A stretch of 64,000 bases of DNA from an uncultured Bacilli bacterium (GCA_934102055.1 CAKOSE010000003.1:10641-74640); one strand, 5' to 3'. Shown: positions 35,220 through 45,106, counted from the stretch's first letter. Numbers and translations: made by a program. Notes: a model not told the origin generated them from the letters alone.

Positions 35220-35483
35220 TTACTTTATATTATTAACAGCTTTTGCAAGCTTAGATTTCTCTCTGGCAGCTTTATTCTTATGAACTAAACCACTTTTAAC
35301 AGCTTTATCAATTTTTTTGTTAGCAACATCTAAATTTTCTTTAGCAATCTTTGCATCACCTTGTTTAGAAGATAATTTAACCTTCTTAATAGCAGTTCTC
35401 ATGCTAGCTATTTTATCTTTATTTCTTTCTTTTTTTACTAAATCTGTTTTTACTCTTTTTTTAGCACTTTTAATATTTGGCAT
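35220..35483 (-). CDS. rpsT: 30S ribosomal protein S20
   Basis: MPNIKSAKKRVK start, 87 aa, basic helical. SD GTGAGGTG. Confidence 0.95.
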   Translation of the reverse strand: MPNIKSAKKRVKTDLVKKERNKDKIASMRTAIKKVKLSSKQGDAKIAKENLDVANKKIDKAVKSGLVHKNKAAREKSKLAKAVNNIK

Positions 35484-35578
35484 CTTTTCACCTCACTTTT
35501 TTTAACACTTTAAATTTTAACAAAAAATAGATCAAAAATCAAATAAAATCGCTAATTTTCTTTATTTTTTTAGAAATA

Positions 35579-35607
35579 GTATGTTTTTTATACAAAGTAA
35601 CATAATA
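35579..35607 (+). promoter_or_regulatory. forespore sigma-F/sigma-G type promoter candidate for gpr
   Basis: GTATG (35579-35583), 17-nt spacer, CATAATA (35601-35607), 15 nt before the gpr ATG region. Confidence 0.5.
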
Positions 35608-35621
35608 AAAATGGTGATATT

Positions 35622-36656
35622 ATGAGAGAAGTGGATTTATCAAAATACCAAGTAAGAACAGATTTAGTTGCAGATTTAATAAAAGAAGATTATGAATTTG
35701 AGACAAAAAAACAATATAAGAATATAACAATAAGTAATATAACTTTAACAAAAGAGATGGAAGAGGAACTTGAAAGAAAAGAAGGACTTTATACTACTAT
35801 CTCTTATAATGATATAACTGATAAAACAAATTATAAAAATTTATTAGATGTCTTAACACAAGAACTAAAAAAAGTCATAGAAGAAACAGGTATAAAAGAT
35901 GACTATTCATGTATGATAATAGGTTTAGGAAATGAAAAGAGTACTGCAGATGAACTAGGAGTAACAACTGCAAAAAAAGTAACAGTAACAAAGCATATTT
36001 ACGATTTAGTTGGTACTTTAGAAGAACACTTTAGAGTAACAACGTGTTTAACCCCAGGTGTTATGGGACAAACTGGGATAGAAACAGTAGAAATTATATC
36101 TTCAGTAGTAAAACAAGTAAAACCAGATTTTATAATAGCAATAGATGCCTTAGCTAGTGATTCAATAGATAGATTATTAAAAACAATACAAATAACAAAT
36201 ACAGGCATCAATCCTGGAAGTGGAATAGGTAATAATAGAAAAGAAATTTCAAATGAAACACTAGGTATTCCAGTAATAGCAATAGGAGTTCCAACAGTAG
36301 TAGAAGCAAGTACAATTGTAAATGATACTCTTAATTTTATGAAGAAACATTTTAGTTATACAATAAAAAATAAAAATAATAGACAAAATAAATTAATTGA
36401 AACATCAAAAATTAATTATTTAAAAGATAATAATTATACACTTTCTAAAGAAGAAACTTCTTATTTTTTAGGAGCTTTAGGAAGTTTATCAAATAAAGAA
36501 AAAAAACTTTTAATAAACGATGTTTTAACTCCAATTGGATATAATTTAATAGTAACTCCCAAGGAAATAGATTTTATAGTAACAAAACTAACTGACTTAC
36601 TAGGAGAAGCAATAAATAAAAGTATTCATAATATATCGACAAAAAAGGAATCATAA
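35622..36656 (+). CDS. gpr: spore germination protease (GPR endopeptidase)
   Basis: VRTDLV, MIIGLGNEKSTADELG, IIAIDALAS, GVPTVV. Conserved position after a divergent rpsT. Confidence 0.9.
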   Translation: MREVDLSKYQVRTDLVADLIKEDYEFETKKQYKNITISNITLTKEMEEELERKEGLYTTISYNDITDKTNYKNLLDVLTQELKKVIEETGIKDDYSCMIIGLGNEKSTADELGVTTAKKVTVTKHIYDLVGTLEEHFRVTTCLTPGVMGQTGIETVEIISSVVKQVKPDFIIAIDALASDSIDRLLKTIQITNTGINPGSGIGNNRKEISNETLGIPVIAIGVPTVVEASTIVNDTLNFMKKHFSYTIKNKNNRQNKLIETSKINYLKDNNYTLSKEETSYFLGALGSLSNKEKKLLINDVLTPIGYNLIVTPKEIDFIVTKLTDLLGEAINKSIHNISTKKES

Positions 36657-36686
36657 ATAGAATATACTAAAGACGGTGATTTGTAT

Positions 36687-37532
36687 ATGAACAAAATAAA
36701 ATACCTTTTTTGTCTTTTTTTAATGTTATTATCCTTTTTATACATAGGCAATCTTTTTAATAATATAAATATATTAGACTTTATATTAAGTGATAATAAA
36801 AAGAAAATAGTAATAGATACTTTAAGTTTAGGGACAATAAATAATAATATAGCCTTATCAAATATCGAAGAACCAAAAGAAAAAAATATTGTAAAGAAAG
36901 ATTCTACTAAAACAACTAAACATTTAACAACAGATCCTATAATATATATCTATAATACTCATCAAACAGAAGAATATAAGACAAATACTTATAATATAAC
37001 CCCAACGGTAGAGACAGTAAGTAGTATTTTGAAAGAAGAGTTAAAAGATTTAGGGATCTCTTCGCTAGTAGAACAAAGATCAATAACAAAAGAAGTAAAT
37101 AAAAGAGGACTTGATTATACAGGGACATATGAAGTAAGTTTTGAATACCTGAAAGAGATGCAAACAAAACATAAAACTCTAAAATACTATTTTGATATGC
37201 ATAGGGATTCTGTTACTGGTACTCCTGCAAGGACAACAATAAATAATAAAAAATATGCAACTATGATGTTTTTGGTTGGAACAAAGAATAAAAACTATCA
37301 GAAGAATGTAAAAAATTTAAAATATATGGAAAATTATCTTAAAAAACATTATAAAGGTTTAGTAAGAGAAACCTATTATCAAAGTCATAGTGCTTTTAAT
37401 CAGTTTCATGATGAGAATATGTTTTTAGTAGAATTAGGTGGTCCTGATAATACTTTAGAGGAAATCTATAATACTACAAAGGCCTTATCAGAGGCAATAA
37501 AATACTATGTGGAGGTAAAAAATGAAAAATAA
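36687..37532 (+). CDS. spoIIP: stage II sporulation protein P
   Basis: IYIYNTHQTEEY, YFDMHRD, MFLVG, VELGGPDNTLEE. ATG at 36687 after GACGGTGAT. Confidence 0.85.
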   Translation: MNKIKYLFCLFLMLLSFLYIGNLFNNINILDFILSDNKKKIVIDTLSLGTINNNIALSNIEEPKEKNIVKKDSTKTTKHLTTDPIIYIYNTHQTEEYKTNTYNITPTVETVSSILKEELKDLGISSLVEQRSITKEVNKRGLDYTGTYEVSFEYLKEMQTKHKTLKYYFDMHRDSVTGTPARTTINNKKYATMMFLVGTKNKNYQKNVKNLKYMENYLKKHYKGLVRETYYQSHSAFNQFHDENMFLVELGGPDNTLEEIYNTTKALSEAIKYYVEVKNEK

Positions 37533-37842
37533 AATATTTATAATTATATTAGCATCATTATTTATATTTTTTGTAATACTTTTAATAGCACAACAACAAG
37601 GATATTATAAAAATAGAAACGAAAAAGCAAAAATCCTAACAGAAGAACAAATTAAAAACTTTGAAACAGATATTAGTAATGGTAAAAAGATAGATATAAA
37701 AAAATATGTTTTATATGAAAATAAAAACTATTCAAATAAAATAAGCAAAAATGTATATAAAGCATCTTTAACATTAGAAACAGTGATAGATAAAACAATA
37801 AAATTAATTTTTTCAGGACTAGGCAAAGCTGTAAGTGATTAA
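37522..37842 (+). CDS. small membrane protein, YqxA (DUF3679)-like by position
   Basis: One TM followed by LLIAQQQG, recalled as similar to Bacillus YqxA. Overlaps the spoIIP stop, as yqxA follows spoIIP in Bacillus. Confidence 0.4.
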   Translation: MKNKIFIIILASLFIFFVILLIAQQQGYYKNRNEKAKILTEEQIKNFETDISNGKKIDIKKYVLYENKNYSNKISKNVYKASLTLETVIDKTIKLIFSGLGKAVSD

Positions 37843-37890
37843 TACTTGAAAAAATAAGGCTCATATAGTATTATTTAAGTGGTGATAATA

Positions 37891-38973
37891 ATGAAAAATA
37901 AGAAACTAATAGAAATATTAAGTATCACACTAATAATAATAGTATTAATAGGAATAGGATATCTTATTTATAATAGTTATCGAATAAAAAAAGAACAACA
38001 TAAACAAGAAACAGTAATAGATAATTATTATAACGCAGAATATTTATTTAATAATAGTTATATAAAAGAACCATCAAAAGTAATAGACTTGAATAATGAA
38101 GAAAAAGACTTGTATATGAACATAGATAAATTTAATAATCTTTATATAAAGTATAAAGAAGAAAACAATGTATATGAAAAGCATATAAAAAGTCCAGCAA
38201 ATGAAACATTAACAATGTATTATAATAATCTAAATGATGATATATATGAATTTTTAGCACTCACTAAAAAAGGAAATATATTTTATGTAAAAATTAATTT
38301 AAAAGATGATCAAGAATATGAATTTACTGAAGTATCATCAAATATAAAAGATATATACGTCCCAGCATATGATAAGAAATATGTTTATATAAACGAAGAA
38401 AAAGATATAAAAACAAACTTTATAATTCAAACAAAAGATAATAAATTAATGTATATATCAAAAAATGAGAACTATATTTTAAAAGATAATCTAAAAGAAA
38501 AAAAACCATATTTTGATTATATATGTGTAGACATGTCAAAACTTTGTAATAAAACAATAATGTATAAAACATTCAAGGATAATTTAATATATAATAATAA
38601 AATAATAACAAATGAAAAAGATCAAGAAATAATAGTAAAAAATATATTTGCTTCCATAGAACTAAAAGATGAATCTAAAGAAAAGTTACAGAGTATTACT
38701 ATAAAGAAATTTAGAAAAAAAGATTTTATTTACACAATATACATAATAGATAAAAATGATTTAGCATATAAAGTAGAAATAACAAATAAGACAAAAATTC
38801 CAAAAGCACAGTTAATATCTCAAAAACTAGTAAAGGAATTAAAATATGAAAAAGAAGTAGAAATAGATATTATATATGATGATGGAACATATGAGATGGT
38901 AAAGGAGACTCAAAATAAAAAACTGTTATATTCAACTATCTATGACAAGGAAAAGAAACTTATTATGAAATAG
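37891..38973 (+). CDS. membrane-anchored hypothetical protein
   Basis: ATG at 37891 after GGTGATAATA. One N-terminal TM, then about 330 aa of K/N/Y/I-rich predicted beta-rich sequence. No family recognised. Confidence 0.5.
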   Translation: MKNKKLIEILSITLIIIVLIGIGYLIYNSYRIKKEQHKQETVIDNYYNAEYLFNNSYIKEPSKVIDLNNEEKDLYMNIDKFNNLYIKYKEENNVYEKHIKSPANETLTMYYNNLNDDIYEFLALTKKGNIFYVKINLKDDQEYEFTEVSSNIKDIYVPAYDKKYVYINEEKDIKTNFIIQTKDNKLMYISKNENYILKDNLKEKKPYFDYICVDMSKLCNKTIMYKTFKDNLIYNNKIITNEKDQEIIVKNIFASIELKDESKEKLQSITIKKFRKKDFIYTIYIIDKNDLAYKVEITNKTKIPKAQLISQKLVKELKYEKEVEIDIIYDDGTYEMVKETQNKKLLYSTIYDKEKKLIMK

Positions 38974-39011
38974 GTTTCTTTTGTTGTTTTGTTTGTTTTG
39001 ATTAAACTCTA

Positions 39012-39047
39012 TTGACTTTTTTTAGGAAAAAGGTTATAATTTTCCTA
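39012..39047 (+). promoter_or_regulatory. abiE promoter with overlapping palindromic operator candidate
   Basis: TTGACT (39012-39017), 17-nt spacer, TATAAT (39035-39040). Perfect inverted repeat TAGGAAAA (39023-39030) / TTTTCCTA (39040-39047) brackets the -10. Confidence 0.6.
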
Positions 39048-39057
39048 GAAAAGGGAA

Positions 39058-39660
39058 ATGATTGATATGAGTAATTATGATAAAATTTTAGACTATGCAA
39101 AAAAAAATAATGGTTATATTACTGCTAAAGAAGTAGATGATTCAGGTATTAATAGTACATTTTTAAGTAATTTGGTTAGTGATAAAAAACTAGAAAGGGT
39201 TGGGCCGGGCATTTATAAATTGCCTGAATATCCAATTGATAATTTTTATATCTTATCAAAAATTAGTAAAAATATGTGTTACTCTCATGCAACTGCTTTA
39301 TATCTACACGATATGTCTGATAGAATTCCGTTAGTTTATGATGTTACTGTTCCGTATAATTATAGTGGTAATTTAATAAATAATAAAAATGTTGCATTAA
39401 GATATGTTAAAAATGATATTTTAAATCTTGGTATGATTGATGTTAAAACTATTAATGGTTTAAATGTTAAGTGCTATGATTTAGAGAGAACAATATGTGA
39501 TATGATTAGAGATAAAAACTGTGTCGATAAGGAAATTTATTCTAAAGCATTAAAGGAGTATGCCAAAAGTAAAAATAAAAATATTTTGAATTTAGTAAAG
39601 TATGCTAAAAAGTTAAATATAGAGAATGAAGTTGTTGAAATAATGGAAGTGTTGTTATAG
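39058..39660 (+). CDS. abiEi: type IV toxin-antitoxin antitoxin, AbiEi family
   Basis: N-terminal winged HTH (GYITAKEV..LSNLVSDKKLERVGPGIYKL) and a C-terminal AbiEi_4-like domain (SHATALYLHD..RTICDM). An alternative ATG at 39067 has the better SD spacing. Confidence 0.8.
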   Translation: MIDMSNYDKILDYAKKNNGYITAKEVDDSGINSTFLSNLVSDKKLERVGPGIYKLPEYPIDNFYILSKISKNMCYSHATALYLHDMSDRIPLVYDVTVPYNYSGNLINNKNVALRYVKNDILNLGMIDVKTINGLNVKCYDLERTICDMIRDKNCVDKEIYSKALKEYAKSKNKNILNLVKYAKKLNIENEVVEIMEVLL

Positions 39661-40512
39661 GTGAATTCTGATAAATTAAATAGTATAATCAAAAATAAGT
39701 CTAAAGGAAATAGTAATTTGGCACATCATTTTCATCAAATGTTTTTCTTTGAACATGTCTTAATGCGACTTGAGAAAAGTAAATATAGGGATAATATCAT
39801 TTTAAAAGGTGGTGTTTTGTTATCATCTATTATAGGGGAAGATTTAAGGACTACTAAAGATATGGATGCCTCTTTAAAAAGTTTGCCATTAGATATAAAT
39901 TCTATTATGAATATTTTTGATGAAATACTTTCTATACCTATTAATGATGGTGTTTATTTTAAAATAGAGGATATTAAAGATATAAGATTAGAGGATGAAT
40001 ATGGTGGATTTAGGATAAATGTAAGAGCTTCTTTTTATAGAATTAGAACTAATTTTTTTATCGAAATAACAACTGGAGATATTGTTACTCCAAGAGAGAT
40101 AAGATATAAATATAATTCTATTTTTGAGAATAAAAAAATAAATATTATGGCTTATACTATAGAAACTGTTATTGCGGAAAAGTTTGAAAGTATTATTAGT
40201 AAAAACATTACTACGACTAGAGCAAAGGATTTTTATGATTTATATATGTTGATGAATAAGAACGAAAAGGATATAAGAAGCAAGAATTTGGCTCAAGCTA
40301 TTGTAAATACTTTTTCTAAAAGAAATACTGAGTTTAGCATAAATAATTTTAGGGAGATAGTTGAAATCATGAAAAATAGTAATACTTTAAGAAGAATATA
40401 TTTATCTTATCAAAAAAAATTGGAATATACTAAAAAAGTAGATATTGATAGTACTATAGAGACAATGAATAAAATTATAAGAATATTGAAGGTTGAATTG
40501 GTTTTAGTATAA
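39661..40512 (+). CDS. abiEii: nucleotidyltransferase toxin, AbiEii/AbiGii (DUF1814) family
   Basis: ILKGGVLLSS..TTKDMDA (hGG..DxD nucleotidyltransferase motif), ETVIAEKFESI, AKDFYDLY. GTG start immediately after the abiEi stop. Confidence 0.8.
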   Translation: MNSDKLNSIIKNKSKGNSNLAHHFHQMFFFEHVLMRLEKSKYRDNIILKGGVLLSSIIGEDLRTTKDMDASLKSLPLDINSIMNIFDEILSIPINDGVYFKIEDIKDIRLEDEYGGFRINVRASFYRIRTNFFIEITTGDIVTPREIRYKYNSIFENKKINIMAYTIETVIAEKFESIISKNITTTRAKDFYDLYMLMNKNEKDIRSKNLAQAIVNTFSKRNTEFSINNFREIVEIMKNSNTLRRIYLSYQKKLEYTKKVDIDSTIETMNKIIRILKVELVLV

Positions 40513-40696
40513 TAATTTAAATCATATGAATTATATTTATGATTAATAAAAGTTGATTATTTGTTTATTAATTTTTCATTATATATTTGTGGTTATATAT
40601 CCTGTTACATATTTATTGTAAAAACTAAAAATTTCAAACTTCATATGGTTGTAGTTTTTCTAAAATAAAGTTATAATTATATAGACGAGGTGCATT

Positions 40697-41344
40697 ATGG
40701 ATAGTGGTGGATTAAATAATAGACAATTTGTTACAGTAGCAATAATCATAATCATATGTGGAATAGCAATAGTAGGGCATGACTATTTTTTAGCAAAAAA
40801 GGCTGGTGTATATGAAGATATGAGTATCTTATTATCGCAAGAACCAGAATATGTTGAAAATATTCCAAGTCAAAATAACACTAACCAAACTGGAGACACA
40901 TCTGGAAGAGTTCCAAAGAAGAATATAAATTATAAATATATAGGAAGACTAAAAATACCAAAAATAAATTTTAATAGAGGATTTGTAAAGTATGGAACAT
41001 CTGGTAATAATGTAGATCAGAATATAGCTATTTTAAAAGGTTCAACGTATCCAGATGATGCATATAGTAACTTTATAATAGCAGGTCATAATGGTTCAAG
41101 GTGGAATGCATTCTTCTCAAGATTAGATAATCTAAGGCTTGGAGATACTGCAACAGTAACTTATAAAGGAAGAGAGTATAACTATAAATTAGTAAAAACA
41201 TATAAAGATAGACAGTATGATGGTGTAACATTGTATAGACACTCATCAAAAAAACAATTAACGTTAATAACATGTGCAAGACCAGACTATAGAACTTATT
41301 ACTTAGTTTCAGTCTTTGAACTAACAGATGAAAAAAAGATATAA
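40697..41344 (+). CDS. sortase (class undetermined)
   Basis: N-terminal TM, catalytic His in IIAGHNG, TLxTC motif LTLITC, downstream Arg (RPDYRTYYLV). Confidence 0.8.
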   Translation: MDSGGLNNRQFVTVAIIIIICGIAIVGHDYFLAKKAGVYEDMSILLSQEPEYVENIPSQNNTNQTGDTSGRVPKKNINYKYIGRLKIPKINFNRGFVKYGTSGNNVDQNIAILKGSTYPDDAYSNFIIAGHNGSRWNAFFSRLDNLRLGDTATVTYKGREYNYKLVKTYKDRQYDGVTLYRHSSKKQLTLITCARPDYRTYYLVSVFELTDEKKI

Positions 41345-41359
41345 AAGGAGGAGATGAAA

Positions 41360-42484
41360 ATGACAGATTTTTCAACAACACAAAGATTGCAAACAATATT
41401 TGATACAATTTTTTCATCATCATTTTTTATCTCACTTTCAGTAATATTAGTACTTACACTTGTAATGTTTATAGTAAATACAAAAATAAAAAGTAAAGCT
41501 CCAAGAATTATTTCTGTAATATCATATATATTATTAATGATTTTGGTTTTAGCAAGGTATGGAAACTACGTGTTATCAATAAATGATAGTATAGTAGAAA
41601 AGTTTTTTAAAGCAATGTATTTTCCAAATTTAGTAGTATACGTTGCAATGCTTATAATAACAATATTATTAATAATAATAAATTTTTTAACAACAAAATA
41701 TAGTCAAATAACCAAGATATGTAATATTTTTTGTTTTAGCATTATTTGGTTTTTATTCGTTTTAGTACTTGATGTTGCTAAGAAAGAAAGTATCAATATT
41801 TATGAAATAGAAGAAATATATAACAATAGTACTTTGATGATTTTACTTCAAGCAAGTATGGCAATTTTTTGTATTTGGCTTGGACTTTTAATAACAAACT
41901 TTGTAATAAGAAAATTATCAGATAAATTAGACGAAGGGCAAAGAAAGAATCAACTAAAAAACAGCAATCTACAAATGAACGATTATACAAATTATTATAA
42001 TGGACAACAAAATACTTATAATGATAACAATAACTATAACAGTAACAATCAATATAATCAGTATTCAAATGCTAATCAAAACTATAATAATTTCAATCAA
42101 GGTAATTATAATAATAGTTATGTAGATTATAATAGTTTTGATGGAAACAATTATAATAATAGTTATATGCATTATGATAGTTTTAATCAAAATAACTATA
42201 ACAATGATTATAATTCGAATAATTATGACAGTTATAATAATGTACAAAACAGTTTTAATAACGAGTACAATAACTATAATTATAACAATGAATATAATAA
42301 CAATTATGGTTATAATAGTGAATATAACTATAATAATCAAAATGTTGTTCAAAAACATAAAGAAAAAAAACAGGAAGATGAAATAAGAGAACTAAGCGAT
42401 GAAGAATTTTGGAATGTTTATAGACACAATCCTGATCAAAATCAAAATAATAATACCACTAATAACTCTAATAATTACTGGTGA
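41360..42484 (+). CDS. polytopic membrane protein with a ~170-aa Asn/Tyr/Gln-rich low-complexity C-terminal region
   Basis: About five hydrophobic helices in aa 20-190, then NYNSNNQYNQYSNANQNYNNF... up to the acidic/basic tail. SD AAGGAGGAG favours the ATG at 41360. Starts 16 nt after the sortase stop. Confidence 0.6.
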   Translation: MTDFSTTQRLQTIFDTIFSSSFFISLSVILVLTLVMFIVNTKIKSKAPRIISVISYILLMILVLARYGNYVLSINDSIVEKFFKAMYFPNLVVYVAMLIITILLIIINFLTTKYSQITKICNIFCFSIIWFLFVLVLDVAKKESINIYEIEEIYNNSTLMILLQASMAIFCIWLGLLITNFVIRKLSDKLDEGQRKNQLKNSNLQMNDYTNYYNGQQNTYNDNNNYNSNNQYNQYSNANQNYNNFNQGNYNNSYVDYNSFDGNNYNNSYMHYDSFNQNNYNNDYNSNNYDSYNNVQNSFNNEYNNYNYNNEYNNNYGYNSEYNYNNQNVVQKHKEKKQEDEIRELSDEEFWNVYRHNPDQNQNNNTTNNSNNYW

Positions 42485-42564
42485 TCCTGTAAAATAGTTT
42501 ACAGGTTTTCTTTTGTTTTGATGTATGTTTTGTTATAATGATAATATGATAGGAGGAAATAGAA

Positions 42565-44574
42565 ATGGCTTTTAAGAATAAAATACTAAAAGATAATACA
42601 CCAGATTTAAAAGTAGTAAATAATATTAAAGCATTAGGAATAGATATGATAAATGATGCTGCATCAGGTCATCCTGGAATAGTTTTGGGAGCAGCCCCTA
42701 TTATGTATAGGTTATATAGCAAGCATTTAATATTTAATCCAGAAAATCCAAATTGGATAAATAGGGATAGATTTGTAATGTCATGTGGTCACGGATCTGC
42801 TTTGTTATATGCTACATTATTTATGAGTGGTTTTGATTTAACAATTCAAGATTTGAAAAATTTTAGGAAATACGGTTCAAAAACACCTGGTCATCCAGAA
42901 GTAGGGCAAACCCCAGGGGTAGATGCTTCAACTGGCCCACTTGGACAAGGTCTTGGAGTAGCAGTTGGAATGGCTATTGGAGAGGCATATTTAAATCAAA
43001 AGTTTAAAAACTTAAAAAGCAGTTTGATAAATCATTATACTTATGCACTAGTCAGCGATGGGGATTTAATGGAGGGTATATCATATGAGGCTTCTTCTCT
43101 TGCAGGTTCTTTAGGCTTAGGAAAGTTAATTGTGTTATATGATTCAAATGGTATAAGTCTAGATGGAAAAACTGATGGAGTATTTGATGAAGATATTTTA
43201 GAAAGATTCAAGTCAATGGGATGGGATACACATCTTCTAGAAGATCCTTATAACTTTGAAGAATTTGATTCACTTATAGAAAAGAGTAAGAGTGAAACAA
43301 CAAAACCATCGTTAATTCAAATAAAAACAGTATTAGGAAAGGACTCAAAACATCAAAATACAAACCAAGTGCATGGGAAACCTCTATCAAAAGATGATAT
43401 AAAACATATAAAGAAAAAGCTAGGCATAAGAGACGTTTCATATACAGTTTTATCTGATGCTTGTAATTATATGAAGTCTTCTATAGATGAGAGAATAAAG
43501 CCAGAAATTAAGAAATGGCAAAAGACTTATGAAAGATTACAAACAAAGCTAGACAAGAGTCTCTTGAAGGACTTTGAAAGAATTAACAATCATGATCTGG
43601 ATATAGATATTAAAAAGAGTATTTTTAAACTTAATCCAGAAAAATCATATTCTGGAAGAGATCTTGCTGGTCATATAATAAATAAATTAAAAACAAAAGA
43701 TATAATGTGTTTAACTACTGATACGGGTACTTCAACGAAAGCTATGTTTAAGGAAAAAGAGCATTTTACAAGAAAAAATAGAGCTTTAAAAAATATATCA
43801 TGTGGTGTAAGAGAATTAGGAACATCTGCTATTGCGAATGGTTTATCTTTAATGGGAATAAGAACAATAACATCAACTTTTTTATCATTTTCTAATTATA
43901 TGATACCTAGTATAAGAATGGCTAGTTTAATGAATTTAAATAATATATATATATTTACACACGATAGTGTTCTAGTAGGAGAAGACGGTCCAACACATCA
44001 ACCAATAGAGCAAATAGATATGCTAAGATTAATACCAAATGTAACAGTTTTTAGACCTTGTGATAGAAATGAAATAATAGGATGTTTAGGTAGTGCATTA
44101 AAAAGAAAAGGTCCAACTGTAATTGCTTTAAGTAAGGATATATTACCAACTTGCAAATATACTAATATAAATAAGACAAAAGATGGAGGATATATTTTAA
44201 AAGATAAAGAAGAAGCAAATGAACAAGTTTCAATAATAGCAAGTGGTTCAGAAGTTCAGCTTGCACTTGATGTATCTAGTTCACTTGAAAAACATATGAT
44301 TACTTCTAGGGTAATAAGTATGCCTTCTTTAGAAGAATTTGAAAAACTAAAAAAAGAAGAACAAGAAAAAATACTACTAAAAGATAATCTAAAAGTAGTA
44401 ATTGAATTATCATCATGTAGTAAATATTATAAATATGTAACAGATAAAGATTTAGTATTTAATGTAAACAACTATATGAAAAGTGGAAATAAGTATTCAA
44501 TAATACATAGATTATCTTATGATGTTGATAGTATCACAAAGGAAATACTAGAAAATCTTAAGCAAAGAATGTAG
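42565..44574 (+). CDS. tkt: transketolase
   Basis: SGHPG, SCGHGSALLY, SDGDLMEGISYEA (TPP motif), THDSVLVGEDGPTHQPIEQ; 669 aa. Confidence 0.9.
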   Translation: MAFKNKILKDNTPDLKVVNNIKALGIDMINDAASGHPGIVLGAAPIMYRLYSKHLIFNPENPNWINRDRFVMSCGHGSALLYATLFMSGFDLTIQDLKNFRKYGSKTPGHPEVGQTPGVDASTGPLGQGLGVAVGMAIGEAYLNQKFKNLKSSLINHYTYALVSDGDLMEGISYEASSLAGSLGLGKLIVLYDSNGISLDGKTDGVFDEDILERFKSMGWDTHLLEDPYNFEEFDSLIEKSKSETTKPSLIQIKTVLGKDSKHQNTNQVHGKPLSKDDIKHIKKKLGIRDVSYTVLSDACNYMKSSIDERIKPEIKKWQKTYERLQTKLDKSLLKDFERINNHDLDIDIKKSIFKLNPEKSYSGRDLAGHIINKLKTKDIMCLTTDTGTSTKAMFKEKEHFTRKNRALKNISCGVRELGTSAIANGLSLMGIRTITSTFLSFSNYMIPSIRMASLMNLNNIYIFTHDSVLVGEDGPTHQPIEQIDMLRLIPNVTVFRPCDRNEIIGCLGSALKRKGPTVIALSKDILPTCKYTNINKTKDGGYILKDKEEANEQVSIIASGSEVQLALDVSSSLEKHMITSRVISMPSLEEFEKLKKEEQEKILLKDNLKVVIELSSCSKYYKYVTDKDLVFNVNNYMKSGNKYSIIHRLSYDVDSITKEILENLKQRM

Positions 44575-44974
44575 GAGAGTTATCTCCTTTTTCTTTTGAA
44601 CTTAAATCACTTTTTATATTTGCATTATTAGTAGTATTGTTTGATGATTTATCTGAAGAATTGATTTCTTTAACTACACGGAACATAGTTCTAGCATTAT
44701 TCCAAATAGGCTTAACTTGATAAAAGACTGGGATTGCTTGATTGATAACTCCAAGTGTTTTGCTAGCACCATTAAGTATTCCAGAAAAGGTAATTTTAGA
44801 GGCACCACTTGTTGCAGCACTTGCTGCTCCAACACTAGCAGCTTTAGAACCCAATAAAGAACTAAATCTTGGTAAAGGTGCAGGACTCATTCTAACTGGA
44901 TTTATGGGGAATGAGCTAGGAACAGATCTCATAAAAGAGGGATTTGGATTAAAATAGGTATAATTATTATTCAT
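44558..44974 (-). CDS. small Ser/Ala/Asn/Pro-rich protein, possibly VrrA/YqfQ-like
   Basis: Strong SD AGGAGG. The C-proximal segment LNGASKTLGVINQAIPVFYQVKPIWNNARTMF resembles the conserved YqfQ box as I remember it. Otherwise low complexity. Confidence 0.35.
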   Translation of the reverse strand: MNNNYTYFNPNPSFMRSVPSSFPINPVRMSPAPLPRFSSLLGSKAASVGAASAATSGASKITFSGILNGASKTLGVINQAIPVFYQVKPIWNNARTMFRVVKEINSSDKSSNNTTNNANIKSDLSSKEKGDNSPTFFA

Positions 44975-45106
44975 AGTTTAACCTCCTAATATAATCTATG
45001 TATTAAACACAGAAAATGCGACAAATAATAAAAATTTTATGCTTCATAAGTTGACTATATTAAGTAAGTAAGGTAAAATTAATATGAAAATAGACGGAGG
45101 TGTAAC

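Noticed and set aside
38974-40696. Searched the flanks of the AbiE pair for direct repeats, an integrase, or a transposase that would define a mobile element.
   Set aside because: I found only trivial AT-rich similarities (TTGATTA-like). No recombinase gene occurs anywhere in the window, so mobility cannot be supported from this sequence.
41793-42386. Several long ORFs on both strands (41793-42068 minus, 42065-42358 minus, 42138-42386 plus) overlap the Asn/Tyr-rich region.
   Set aside because: They are artefacts of AAT/TAT/AAC-biased low-complexity DNA, which lacks stop codons in other frames. They translate to poly-Ile/Thr/Val nonsense and have no SD.
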